From Candidatus Thorarchaeota archaeon (GTDB lineage: Archaea > Asgardarchaeota > Thorarchaeia > Thorarchaeales > Thorarchaeaceae), in assembly GCA_048882385.1 (NCBI GenBank), contig JBHLRQ010000018.1, positions 9,614 to 41,826 on the forward strand: a DNA stretch of 32,213 nucleotides. Reading direction: 5' to 3'. A program made the position numbers and the translations under genes. Shown here piece by piece: positions 1 through 9,492 of this stretch; the first letter of the stretch is position 1, and every line of letters starts with the position of its first letter. The notes under the pieces were generated by a model, which had not been told where the DNA came from, did not search any database, and saw only the letters and a program-made list of their open reading frames with translations.

Positions 1-507
1 TTTGCATTTCTTCAGGGAATCGCCACTGTCACAGGCGACATCACCCTGTTATTGCACTCTGATACAGTCCCCCCTCTTGGTTGGGATCAATCGATTCTTA
101 GTGCATTGAAAGATCCGCAGGTGGTCGGCGGAGGGTTTTCCATGAAGTATGCCACACCTAAACCCAACCTAGATCTAGGTGTCTGGGTGATGAATCAGTG
201 GTTTCGAATCTCAGGAGAACTCTATGGTGACCGTGCAATGTTTATTCGCTCACATATTCTAAGACGTTGTCTTTCAGTGCTTGAAGTTCCTCTTTTTGAA
301 GATCTTCAGCTAGTACAATGTATGCATAAACATGGTCGAGTAGTCATGCTTAAGGATAAGGTTGAAACGAGTGATAAAAGTCTGAGAGAATACGGATTAC
401 TTCGGTATATTGGAAGTTTCTTACTTTGTAGATTATGGTATGCTTTGGGAGTTTCCCCATTCCAAATCTATGATTTCTATTATTCAACAAGGAAATCGGA
501 CCGGTAG
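1..507 (+). CDS. Glycosyltransferase family 2 (TIGR04283-like), 5'-truncated by the window edge
   Basis: Frame is open from base 1 (FAFLQGIATVTGDITLLLHSDT). It shows LHSDT (DxD-equivalent), VVGGGF, YGDRAMFI and PLFED, as in the rSAM/selenodomain-associated GT2 family. Confidence 0.75.
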   Translation, partial: FAFLQGIATVTGDITLLLHSDTVPPLGWDQSILSALKDPQVVGGGFSMKYATPKPNLDLGVWVMNQWFRISGELYGDRAMFIRSHILRRCLSVLEVPLFEDLQLVQCMHKHGRVVMLKDKVETSDKSLREYGLLRYIGSFLLCRLWYALGVSPFQIYDFYYSTRKSDR

Positions 508-731
508 ACTAGTACGAGTATTGAGAACCTCCCATGTATAATGGCAAGATAGGGATTTTGCAAGACAAAGAAAAGGAGTGTTGAAGTACGGCTAGTCAGC
601 TATTCGCCATTTCGCCTCCAACCTCAAGATTCAGTCTTTGTCTAATTCACGATAAATCTTGCTGAACGAGTTTCATGAGTTTATGCCATAGGCAATAGCA
701 CTTAACATCAGGATGTTGTATTCGTTGTTTA

Positions 732-1757
732 ATGAACATCAGTCAAGCTATCAGACAACTTCCGAAGGCAGAGTTGCACATCCATATCCTAGGAGCAATA
801 CGCCCCGAAAGGCTACTCTCATTAATCCAAGATGACGAACGAGGTTCAAAATACAGAACATTAGAGGATATCAATCGTCTGTTTCAGTTTCGGACATTCA
901 GGCATTTCATTTTGACCTATACTGAGGTGGTTGACTATGTGACTCAAGAGAGCCAGCTTGAGCAGATCACGTATGATATGCTTGAGGATTGTGCCAACTG
1001 CAATACTCGCTATGTCGAGGCAAGCTTCTCAGCCATAGACCACATCCAGAGGGGACTGGGTTATGAGGAGATGCTTGATGCCATCAATAGAGGTATACGT
1101 AAGGCAACCCGTAAGTTTGGGATAGAATGTAACATCAGAATAGACCTTGTCCGTAATGAGGGACCAAGTGGTTCCATGAGAATCCTCGACCTGATAGAAG
1201 CGAAATCTGACAACATTATCTCAGTTGACATTGGAGGCAGCGAAGATCTTTATCCGCCAAAACCATTTGCGAAAGCCTTTCATCGTGCCAGAAAACTCGG
1301 TCTTCACATGGTAGCGCATGCAGGGGAAGCCGCAGGACCAGAATCCGTATGGGACGCTATCAGGTATTTGAAGGTTGAACGTGTAGGACATGCGGTTTCG
1401 GCAATTAGGGATAAGAAACTCCTTGCACGGATGAAGAAAGATGGTATTGGAATCGAGTCATGCCCAGTGAGTAACGTGAGGACGGGAGCTGTACAATCTC
1501 TGAAAGACCATCCGATAAGAGAGTTCTATGATCAAGGACTCTTAGTATCTGTCAATAGTGACGATCCAACATTCTTTCAGACGGACCTGAACAACGAGTA
1601 CATGCAACTCAATCAGGAGTTGGGATTCTCATTGTCAGAACTGTTTCAGCTGTCTACTAATGCAATTGCTATGTCGTTCCTGTCAGAGAAGAAAAAAGCG
1701 ACGATGCGCGATTCGTTTGTAAAGCAATCAACCAAGATCCTCGATTCACTTGAGTGA
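732..1757 (+). CDS. add: Adenosine/adenine deaminase
   Basis: LPKAELHIH, AHAGE, RVGHA, CPVSN and VNSDDP motifs of the amidohydrolase ADA family; 341 aa. Confidence 0.92.
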   Translation: MNISQAIRQLPKAELHIHILGAIRPERLLSLIQDDERGSKYRTLEDINRLFQFRTFRHFILTYTEVVDYVTQESQLEQITYDMLEDCANCNTRYVEASFSAIDHIQRGLGYEEMLDAINRGIRKATRKFGIECNIRIDLVRNEGPSGSMRILDLIEAKSDNIISVDIGGSEDLYPPKPFAKAFHRARKLGLHMVAHAGEAAGPESVWDAIRYLKVERVGHAVSAIRDKKLLARMKKDGIGIESCPVSNVRTGAVQSLKDHPIREFYDQGLLVSVNSDDPTFFQTDLNNEYMQLNQELGFSLSELFQLSTNAIAMSFLSEKKKATMRDSFVKQSTKILDSLE

Positions 1758-1930
1758 TATCTAGTCAGTCAGAGATGAAATTTCGGAAAATCAACAACAC
1801 TCGTGGGTATCAATTATGGGTGCACACTAATTCCACTCCGAGTTAAAATGTCAGAAGATGCATTGATAATCTCTCACACCAATACGCATTTCAAGGGATT
1901 CTGCAAGACAGACAAAAGGAGTTTCAAATA

Positions 1931-2152
1931 ATGGGAAAAACAGGAGTTGCAGGTGGCGTTCTGGTCTTTATTGCAGGCTTAGCCATATTCCTCGATGATT
2001 TGCATGATTTTTTGCCGGGTACTGAGTTCTTTCAATGGATACCAGGTGCTTCCGATCCATTCATCATTGGTGGATTTCAACTCCACCATCTTTACCTAGG
2101 CATTATCATCATGTTGATTGGACTGGCTATAGCTGTGAAGTATGATGAGTAG
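1931..2152 (+). CDS. Small two-TM membrane protein with LHHLYLG motif
   Basis: AGGAG ribosome-binding site upstream; two hydrophobic segments; 73 aa. Confidence 0.7.
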   Translation: MGKTGVAGGVLVFIAGLAIFLDDLHDFLPGTEFFQWIPGASDPFIIGGFQLHHLYLGIIIMLIGLAIAVKYDE

Positions 2153-2164
2153 TAGGTGCAAACC

Positions 2165-2578
2165 CTACTTCTCACTCTTCACTCGAGGTTCAGCCACAAC
2201 CTGAATTGGATTGCCCTCAGGGTCCTTCATGTTGAAGTATGATACCATGTCAGGAATATCTTCAATGTCAGATGTTTCAATTCCTTTTCCTTCTAGGTAT
2301 GTCTTACATGCATCAAGGTCCTCGACATCCATGGTGAGTGTCCCAGAACCCTGACGGTGTTCGCCCTCTCGAATCAAATTGATTCCAAGTCTGGCACCCT
2401 CAGCAGGAAGAGCAAACTCAGCCCATCCAACCTCTGCTCCACCATCCCAGGTGATTTCAAAACCCATAACATCGGAGTAGAACTTCTTAGCACGGTCGAA
2501 GTCTTTTACTTGATACTGAAAGTACACTGAGCCTTTCTTGTAAGGCATTGGCCATTTCTTATCGCCCATAGCAATCAC
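2165..2578 (-). CDS. VOC/glyoxalase family protein
   Basis: VKDFDRAKKFYSDVMGF and MKDPEGNPIQV are VOC signatures. The true start may be at 2569 or slightly downstream. Confidence 0.88.
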   Translation of the reverse strand: MIAMGDKKWPMPYKKGSVYFQYQVKDFDRAKKFYSDVMGFEITWDGGAEVGWAEFALPAEGARLGINLIREGEHRQGSGTLTMDVEDLDACKTYLEGKGIETSDIEDIPDMVSYFNMKDPEGNPIQVVAEPRVKSEK

Positions 2579-2660
2579 AATACTTAGCAGCTCTATGAGT
2601 ATTTAACTATTGTGAATTCAAAATTGTCTGAGTTCCTGACGACATTTCAATAATCGTGGT

Positions 2661-3587
2661 TCAGAATTGATTACGAAGTGCGCGAATGACTAGAAGAGGA
2701 AAGATGATTGTCGCATCACCGATTACTGTTTCAAAATTAGCCTCAGTCTGCATTTTCTGCCAAGAAACACCCTCTACAAGAGGGGCACCTCCTAGACTAC
2801 CTCCCTCGGGACGATCCAGCGTAATTTGAACGGCCATATCGAGACCACCCCTTAGAATTGTAGAACCCATAGTGAAGTGTTTAGTGAGACCTCCCCCAAG
2901 CATAATTGCTCCCGTCTTCTTCTGTTTTGTAACAATATCACCAAGGATTCGCAAATCCTTCACAAAGTCTAGAACCAGATTCTTGGCTGTACTATAGGTA
3001 TAGAGATGGAATCCTAGCATTGAATCCATGAGTCCTGGTGAGAAGATAGGAATTCCGTATTCAGATGCCTGTTTCACGATAGAATAAGGGTCATCGAAAG
3101 TATTTCCTAGTTGAGCAAGAAATTCACTTGGTGCCAAGGAAGTGAGTTTCTCCTCAGAGAGAGTATCAAGAAAAGAGTAGATGCCCTTCTCAAAGAGTTC
3201 AAAGTCCTTCTCGTGGACAAAGATGTCAGCTATTCGACCCATTCCAGCTTCTCGAAGATCGTGGTCATCTTTCGAGGAGGGGACTCTATAGTGACTACCT
3301 CCGTACGCTTCAACAAGATCATGGACGATGTTAGCTCCACTCGTGACTATTGCATCAACATATCCCTTCTCAATAAGATGACTTACGAGGTTTCGAAGAC
3401 CACCTGGAACCATGGGACCAGACATTGACAGAAATGTAAAACAATCAGAATCTTCAAACATTCGTTTCGTGATGCCTGCGGCTCTACCGAGTCTTCCAGC
3501 TCCGAGAACCCCTACATCTGACATTGCGTCTATGAAATCGGAGATGCTTGCAGTCTTCTTTGGGTCTATGTGATTGACCTTGTCCAA
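2661..3587 (-). CDS. dys: Deoxyhypusine synthase
   Basis: SGPMVPGGLR, VTSGANIVHD, GMGRIAD, LGGGLTKH and GGSLGGAPLVEGVSWQK (catalytic Lys). Start reassigned from 3776 to TTG 3587, which follows GGTGG and gives 308 aa. Confidence 0.93.
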   Translation of the reverse strand: MDKVNHIDPKKTASISDFIDAMSDVGVLGAGRLGRAAGITKRMFEDSDCFTFLSMSGPMVPGGLRNLVSHLIEKGYVDAIVTSGANIVHDLVEAYGGSHYRVPSSKDDHDLREAGMGRIADIFVHEKDFELFEKGIYSFLDTLSEEKLTSLAPSEFLAQLGNTFDDPYSIVKQASEYGIPIFSPGLMDSMLGFHLYTYSTAKNLVLDFVKDLRILGDIVTKQKKTGAIMLGGGLTKHFTMGSTILRGGLDMAVQITLDRPEGGSLGGAPLVEGVSWQKMQTEANFETVIGDATIIFPLLVIRALRNQF

Positions 3588-3640
3588 GATTGCCACCAAC
3601 AGCGAACCATTTGTGATTGATGATAAGTCATTCTGTTGGT

Positions 3641-3810
3641 AAAAAGAGTAGAGGCGAGCCCAGGTCGGTTCCGGGAGGGCATGACCAAGACCCGCAAAAC
3701 CACAATGGATTCTAATGTTATTAGTGGCGGAAAGATGGTTCAGCTTTCCCTTTAGTGAATATCTTATTCCATGCACAATCTGAGTGTAGGGAGTTTACCG
3801 AAAGTAATCA
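3641..3810 (-). ncRNA. Candidate structured ncRNA or long leader upstream of dys
   Basis: Serial hairpins. The terminal stem at 3654-3695 pairs via G-U only on the minus strand and is followed by a U5 tract. A TTTAAA box lies at 3831-3836. Family not recognised. Confidence 0.35.
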
Positions 3811-3828
3811 ATAGGGCGCAGTTCAATA

Positions 3829-3838
3829 CGTTTAAACG
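3829..3838. promoter_or_regulatory. Palindromic TATA-like box (CGTTTAAACG), possibly bidirectional
   Basis: Perfect palindrome between divergent units, about 24 nt before ATG 3860, consistent with a leaderless transcript. Confidence 0.45.
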
Positions 3839-3859
3839 CGTACTGATTTCGGATGTCAT

Positions 3860-4495
3860 ATGCAGCTGTCCGTCTATAGTATGCTTACGTTTGTCATATT
3901 TCTACAAGCCCTCTTGCTTCAAACAGTGTGGTTGTTCATTGGACGACGTGCCAGAGACAGATACTTGTATGACATTATGCATTTCAGAGAACCAACTTCA
4001 GCTATGTCGAGATACTATAAATGGCGTGTGACCCATTTTGTGAATGCAGTGCTAGAAGGAATTCTGTTCCAGTTCATCTTAGTTGGATCCCTAGTTATAG
4101 TTTCAATTCTCTTAGCTGATATTAAATTGTTCATGGATTCGATTCTCTTTGTCGTATTTGTCATGGTTCTCTCATTCATCAGTTCAATGCAGATGGCATA
4201 CCGAGTCAAAGAGATCAATGATCGAGAGCGCAGAATAACAACATCAGTTCGCGGTTCTACAGATAAGTTTGGAATAGCCAAGAATATGGTTGATGATCTC
4301 TATGTTCAAGGTGCCATGGGCGATGGAAGAGTATGGTTTGCACTCTATAGACTTGCACAAGAGCCCAATCCAGTTGGATACATCATTAGAGATGTACTCC
4401 TTGAGAAGAGTAGAGAAGCTGCTCGTTCAAGAAAATATGCCAAGACTGATGACCCATTTTCAAGTTCAGACAAGGGTCCAGGAATCGAGTCCTAA
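3860..4495 (+). CDS. Hypothetical membrane protein (about 3 TM plus soluble C-terminus)
   Basis: 211 aa ORF with clear hydrophobic helices; no family recognised. Confidence 0.75.
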   Translation: MQLSVYSMLTFVIFLQALLLQTVWLFIGRRARDRYLYDIMHFREPTSAMSRYYKWRVTHFVNAVLEGILFQFILVGSLVIVSILLADIKLFMDSILFVVFVMVLSFISSMQMAYRVKEINDRERRITTSVRGSTDKFGIAKNMVDDLYVQGAMGDGRVWFALYRLAQEPNPVGYIIRDVLLEKSREAARSRKYAKTDDPFSSSDKGPGIES

Positions 4496-4574
4496 AAGAT
4501 TCGGAGTCTATTCAGTAAGTCTTATATCCAATTCCTTGAGGCGTTCACGAGAACTCCCATAGGAGGAACTCCGC

Positions 4575-4859
4575 ATGTCAAAGAGTGACGTCAAGAAGGG
4601 CCGAAAAGGCGTTGTCACAAGTTATCGTAGGGGTAAACACCTACAACATACTAATCAGGTGATATTGGTTTTTGAGGATGTAAAGACACGAGCGGAGGCT
4701 TCAGCGCTTGTCAGCCGTCAGGTGAAATGGATTTCACCAGAGGAAAGAGAGTTCTTGGGTAAGATTCTCGGAGCTCATGGTAACAGTGGTGCAGTTCGTG
4801 CAAAATTCCGAACTAATCTTCCCGGACAGGCAATCGGAACTCCAGTAGTCCTGATGTAG
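4575..4859 (+). CDS. rpl35ae: 50S ribosomal protein L35Ae
   Basis: KGVVTSYRRG and GKILGAHGNSGAVRAKFRTNLPGQAIG; AGGAGG RBS. Confidence 0.96.
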   Translation: MSKSDVKKGRKGVVTSYRRGKHLQHTNQVILVFEDVKTRAEASALVSRQVKWISPEEREFLGKILGAHGNSGAVRAKFRTNLPGQAIGTPVVLM

Positions 4860-4957
4860 ACAATCACCAAGTTTTATCAAGACATCAGTGGACAAGTAAC
4901 AGGTTCCTGCGTACTAGTATAAGTTCGTGACGTGTGTTTTAGGTAGACAAGGAGAGA

Positions 4958-5425
4958 TTGATGTCAACAGTCAGGATAGAATTGGTCAGATGGATCATGT
5001 GTTTCACTACACTGCTGGCACCATTTGGTGTGTATTTCTACTCTTTGAAAGACTCCACTATCACCGTGTCAATACACTCGATACTATGGGGCATAATGCC
5101 TGAAGAAGTGGTAAGTTCGGGATCTCTATTTCTTGATGCCTATATTATTCTAGGGAGAGGCTTTTTTTATGGCATCTTCAATATCTGGTTTGGTATTGAA
5201 GTCATCAGGTTTAGCACAGACTATACAAGAAAAAGGATGGCTCTGATATCAGCATGCTTGTCAATGTTATTTCCCTTTGCCTTGGCTTTGCTATCATGGC
5301 CATGGCTGATCTACTCTTCTGTACCGGTTTACCTGGGTCCAATTCCAATTCAGCTGGTCATTGGCCTAATGCTGATGAAATTCTATGGTTCATCCGAGCT
5401 TCATGAACCATGGAGTGAAAACTGA
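4958..5425 (+). CDS. Hypothetical multi-pass membrane protein
   Basis: About 4 TM segments; AGGAG upstream; C-terminal GPIPIQLVIG...EPW. Confidence 0.7.
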   Translation: MMSTVRIELVRWIMCFTTLLAPFGVYFYSLKDSTITVSIHSILWGIMPEEVVSSGSLFLDAYIILGRGFFYGIFNIWFGIEVIRFSTDYTRKRMALISACLSMLFPFALALLSWPWLIYSSVPVYLGPIPIQLVIGLMLMKFYGSSELHEPWSEN

Positions 5426-5590
5426 ATCATATTGATTCCATTTTGGGAAGCTATAAGTTGACAGCTCTATCTCTCAAGTATGGCTCCAATGATGTTATTG
5501 GCTATCTGAGGACAGAAATGTCCAGCGAAGAGTCATAGTTAGACTGAGGAGCCACATCTTGAGTTAACTACTTGTGGATGTCAGATAGGG

Positions 5591-6142
5591 ATGCTGGAGT
5601 GGGTGATGTATTTCTTAGCATATCTGTTGGCTGGATTCACCTTGAAGTTGGGTGATGATCTGTTAGACGAGCTGGACAGACCGCATTTGGCATGGTATCC
5701 ATTTGCTCTTTCTGGATTCCTTTTTGGATATCTTATGACCCTCTCGGAATGGGACTTGGTGCTTCTAACCAGTATTTTGATAGCTGTAACCGCTTCTGGA
5801 AAAGTAAACAAACCTCAGTTCATTGTTGGATTTATACTGATTTTCGTTACTATTGCGATACTGGGTGGAGTGCCTCTTTCAACAGACTGGCTTGGATGGT
5901 TCACTCTTCTCATCATTCTTTTCCTTGCTGCGGTTTTGGATGAGAAAGGGAATGACTGGTCAGACAAAGAGAGATCTCCAAGGGCGTATTGGATATTCAA
6001 GTATAGATTCACTCTCAAGCTGGTTTCACTTGGGCTAATCATTCCATGGCCAATGTTTCTCGCTACCGCACTCGGACTGTGGTTCTTTGATTTTGGCTAT
6101 GAGCTCTCAGGTTGGCTTGTAAGGGGTCGTTTCACTTCATAG
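5591..6142 (+). CDS. Archaeal membrane protein with two acidic motifs
   Basis: About 6 TM; LKLGDDLLDE and AAVLDEKGND motifs. Confidence 0.75.
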   Translation: MLEWVMYFLAYLLAGFTLKLGDDLLDELDRPHLAWYPFALSGFLFGYLMTLSEWDLVLLTSILIAVTASGKVNKPQFIVGFILIFVTIAILGGVPLSTDWLGWFTLLIILFLAAVLDEKGNDWSDKERSPRAYWIFKYRFTLKLVSLGLIIPWPMFLATALGLWFFDFGYELSGWLVRGRFTS

Positions 6143-7139
6143 TCTTGTAGGCAAGACTACAGCAAACATCCAAAAAGATGGGTTCTAAATCCATTGTTCT
6201 TGCTAAATCAACACCTTCTTGGCTGATTAGTGCGACCCCATTTGTACCACTCTTGAGTGCAAACTTATCCGTGTCAATCTTGTGTCGACCCATGGGACGA
6301 GCACACCCAAGAAGTATGGGAATTTCTGGCATTCCGAGCCTAGCAATGGTCAAGATACGACCGATGTCTTCAGGGAGAGGTGGATTCACGCCCTCCATAG
6401 CAGTCCTACGAATTGGACTCAGGGCTATAATGACCACAGCAGCTGGTGATCCACGCGCTATCATATCCAGCGCTTCAAGCTCCCCGCCAAGCCTACCATA
6501 GTTCAAACCAACAAGAACGTGTGGAACAGTGGGGATATTTAATGACTCCAAGATATCCAGAGAACGACGCATCTTTTCGGGGCCATTTTTGATGTGATAC
6601 ACATCTTGTGAAACTTGTTCATCTCCAATAATGTCAAGCATTGCTGCATCAATCTGTGCATCAGCAAGAGCCTTGGCAGTCTGTTCATTCACAAGACCAG
6701 TATGAACAACGACTTCAAGATTCAGTTCAGACTTAATTTGCCCAATTACATTCCCAAATCGCTCAAGAGGAACATGTCCTTCTGAGTCAGAGCCACCGCT
6801 GATTAAAACACCTTCTCCCCCATGGCTCTTGATCTGACTACAGCGATCAAAGAGCGTTTCTGGAGTAACTGTGGATTCCATTCCCTTCAAGAGGTGACCA
6901 TCACAATGTTCGCAGTTCAATGAGCATGATGTACCTGTCACACTCAGTGATACAAAATTGTGTGGACCAATCTGTTTGTGATCTTTGATTCTATACGGAT
7001 ATGCAGTTGGACTATAGCAGAAGAGTTTGTTTCCAAAGGTTTTCAGACGCGTGCTCAAACCTCTTCTCATCCATTCCTCTAGCTGACTAGATGATGCCTG
7101 TAAGACCGAATTCCCATCTGGGATGATTTCAAAGCTCAC
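6132..7139 (-). CDS. lipS1: Radical SAM protein, archaeal lipoyl synthase LipS1-like
   Basis: CSLNCEHC (CxxxCxxC), LISGG, plus LGCARP (GC(M/A)R) and C-terminal CC, the motifs described for Thermococcus LipS1. Confidence 0.75.
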   Translation of the reverse strand: MSFEIIPDGNSVLQASSSQLEEWMRRGLSTRLKTFGNKLFCYSPTAYPYRIKDHKQIGPHNFVSLSVTGTSCSLNCEHCDGHLLKGMESTVTPETLFDRCSQIKSHGGEGVLISGGSDSEGHVPLERFGNVIGQIKSELNLEVVVHTGLVNEQTAKALADAQIDAAMLDIIGDEQVSQDVYHIKNGPEKMRRSLDILESLNIPTVPHVLVGLNYGRLGGELEALDMIARGSPAAVVIIALSPIRRTAMEGVNPPLPEDIGRILTIARLGMPEIPILLGCARPMGRHKIDTDKFALKSGTNGVALISQEGVDLARTMDLEPIFLDVCCSLAYKTMK

Positions 7140-7262
7140 GTGGGTGCCTCTCGTGAACTCAGAACTATCACGCTTTTAGCGTTATCATCTGGAACAGATG
7201 GGAACAAACAAGTACTAATTGGGCCTCAAATTGCATGTCTTAGTGAGCTGGATGTGTGAAAA

Positions 7263-8702
7263 TTGTCCTCAATAAAGACTGAATCAATAGACCTGTTCTT
7301 TGATGCTAAGAGCGTTGCAATATATGGAGCTTCTACGAGTCAGAACAGTGTTGGTCAGGCAATAGTCCAGAACTTCATCAAACCTCAATATACTGGAAAG
7401 GTCTATGGTGTCAATCCAAAATATGACCAAGTTCTAGGAATTCCTTGTTACCCGACCCTACAAGATATCGATGGCCCAGTGGACTTGGTTGTCGTTGCTG
7501 TTCCAGCCAGAATCACACCCCGAGTGTTTGAGGACATTGCAGCGAAGGGCTCAAAGGCAGTTATCGTGATATCTGGTGGATTCTCAGAAACTGGGCCCAA
7601 GGGAGCTGAGATAGAAGATGAGATTGTGGAGATAGCTAAGAAGCACAATATACGCATTATCGGTCCAAACTGTGTTGGTGTAGTAGATACGAACAGCCAT
7701 ATTGACACCTTCTTCTTGCCAGAGTATCGATGTGGACGACCTAAACCCAGTAATGTAGCAAATATCTCGTTGGTTTCTCAGTCGGGAGCATTTGCAGCAG
7801 CAATATCAGATTGGACCGCAGAGCTTGGTTTGGGTATTAGCAAGCTCATTAGTCTTGGAAACAAGAGTGATGTTGATGACGATGACCTCCTATGCTATCT
7901 CGGAGAGGATTCAACAACACAGGTCATCTGTTACTACACAGAAGGCTATGATGGATCAAAAGGACGGACCTTCTTCGATACCGCACGAACAGTGACTCCG
8001 AACAAGCCAGTTCTAGTGGTGAAGTCTGGAAGAGGGCAGAGAGCACGAGCCGCATCTATGTCACATACAGGGTCTCTTGCGGGCTCTGACAATATTGTCA
8101 ATGCAGCCTACAGACAAGCGGGAATAATCAGACCAGACAACTTCGAGCAGATGTTTGACATGGCCAAAGCGCTAGCCATGCAGCCTCCAGCAAAAGGCGA
8201 CAGAGTCCTTATGATAACCAACGGAGGAGGGCTCGGGGTCATGACGACTGATGCTCTTGAAGCCCTTGGGCTAAACATTCCTTGTCCCTCACCTGAACTT
8301 GAACAGAGATTCAATGAGATTCTGCCTGCATACTGTGCAGTCGGAAATCCAATCGATGTCGTTGGAGACGCAGGCTCAAGTAGATATGATGTTGTATTAG
8401 AAGAGGCTATCGTCAGTGGTGAATACGACATCTTTGTCATTGGAATGCTGCTGCAGACCCCGAGTCTCGATATGGATGTGACTAATGTTATTGCGAATCA
8501 TCAGCGAGCTTCTGGACTTCCATTTGTGGTTGTATCAATGGGTGGGGGATTCACAACTAAAGCAGGTGAAATCATGGCCTTGATGGGAGTACCAACGTAT
8601 GCAACTGGAGAGAAGGCAGCTCTTGCAGTAAAAGCACTTGCTCAGTATGGTGAAATTAAGTACGGCAGAGCATTCAACAAGACACTGTCGTCTGACAAAT
8701 GA
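7263..8702 (+). CDS. acdA: ADP-forming acyl/acetyl-CoA synthetase, alpha subunit
   Basis: SVAIYGAS, ISGGFSE, IIGPNCVG, VSQSGA, SHTGSLAG (phospho-His), TNGGGLG and NPIDVVGD. Confidence 0.93.
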   Translation: MSSIKTESIDLFFDAKSVAIYGASTSQNSVGQAIVQNFIKPQYTGKVYGVNPKYDQVLGIPCYPTLQDIDGPVDLVVVAVPARITPRVFEDIAAKGSKAVIVISGGFSETGPKGAEIEDEIVEIAKKHNIRIIGPNCVGVVDTNSHIDTFFLPEYRCGRPKPSNVANISLVSQSGAFAAAISDWTAELGLGISKLISLGNKSDVDDDDLLCYLGEDSTTQVICYYTEGYDGSKGRTFFDTARTVTPNKPVLVVKSGRGQRARAASMSHTGSLAGSDNIVNAAYRQAGIIRPDNFEQMFDMAKALAMQPPAKGDRVLMITNGGGLGVMTTDALEALGLNIPCPSPELEQRFNEILPAYCAVGNPIDVVGDAGSSRYDVVLEEAIVSGEYDIFVIGMLLQTPSLDMDVTNVIANHQRASGLPFVVVSMGGGFTTKAGEIMALMGVPTYATGEKAALAVKALAQYGEIKYGRAFNKTLSSDK

Positions 8703-8751
8703 TAAAAAGGATGAACAAATCAGCAACAAGTGAGAGAGGCTTGAATCAGAG

Positions 8752-9492
8752 ATGAAAGAAGCTAAAAAGATCTTCAAAAATGCCCTTGATGAGGGTAGAA
8801 CCTTCGTCTTGGAACATGAAGCTAAGGACATAATGAAATCATATGGTATTCCAATCCCAGCATATGCAACAGCAGCTACAGCTGACGAGGCGGTTGCAAA
8901 ATCGAAAGAGATTGGCTTTCCCGTTGTTCTCAAAATACTCTCTAAAGACATCCTACACAAATCAGATGCTGGTGGAGTCAAAATCAATCTCAAGGACGAG
9001 GATTCTGTTCGCAAGGCATTCGATGAGATTATGGTCAATGCGAGAAATTACGGAAAAGAGAAGGGTATAGAAGTTGATCTTAGCCGAGGTGTGTTCATCT
9101 CTGACTTTGCAGAACTGGGTACGGAGATCATTGTTGGAGTAACAAAAGACCCTCAGTTTGGTCATGCTCTGATGGCAGGACTGGGAGGCATATTTGTTGA
9201 GGTCCTCAAGGACGTGTCCTTCAGGTTGATTCCTTTCACAGAAACAGATGCGAGAGAAATGCTGAGTGAGCTCAAGGCGTACAAAATACTCGAAGGTGTT
9301 CGTGGAGAACCACCTCGAGATGTTGATTCCTTAGTCAAAGTCATGTTAGCAATTTCCAAAATGATTGAAGATAATCCTGAGATTACAGAATTGGATTGTA
9401 ATCCCACTTTTGTGTATGAAAAAGGAAAGGGCTCACTGGTTGTAGATGCCAGGATATTGATTGGCAGTTCTGATTCAGACACTAGTCACTGA
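8752..9492 (+). CDS. acdB: ADP-forming acyl/acetyl-CoA synthetase, beta subunit (ATP-grasp)
   Basis: GFPVVLK, ILHKSDAGGV, DPQFG, GLGGIFVEVLKDV, ELDCNP and VDARI. Confidence 0.93.
   Translation: MKEAKKIFKNALDEGRTFVLEHEAKDIMKSYGIPIPAYATAATADEAVAKSKEIGFPVVLKILSKDILHKSDAGGVKINLKDEDSVRKAFDEIMVNARNYGKEKGIEVDLSRGVFISDFAELGTEIIVGVTKDPQFGHALMAGLGGIFVEVLKDVSFRLIPFTETDAREMLSELKAYKILEGVRGEPPRDVDSLVKVMLAISKMIEDNPEITELDCNPTFVYEKGKGSLVVDARILIGSSDSDTSH

Noticed and set aside
580-625. GTTGAAG...CTCCAAC inverted ends resembling an integron attC site
   Set aside because: The core sites are in the wrong order for attC, the element is single-copy, and there is no integrase.
3588-3776. 62-codon N-terminal extension of Dys in the ORF track
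   Set aside because: It has no similarity to DHS. An RBS plus TTG at 3587 gives a normal length, and the extension overlaps the structured region.
3641-3830. tRNA-Sec, SRP, 5S or RNase P identity for the structured region
   Set aside because: There is no T-loop or cloverleaf. CCCAGGTCGG is not followed by the SRP GNRA/AGCA motif, and no RNase P P4 or 5S motifs are present.
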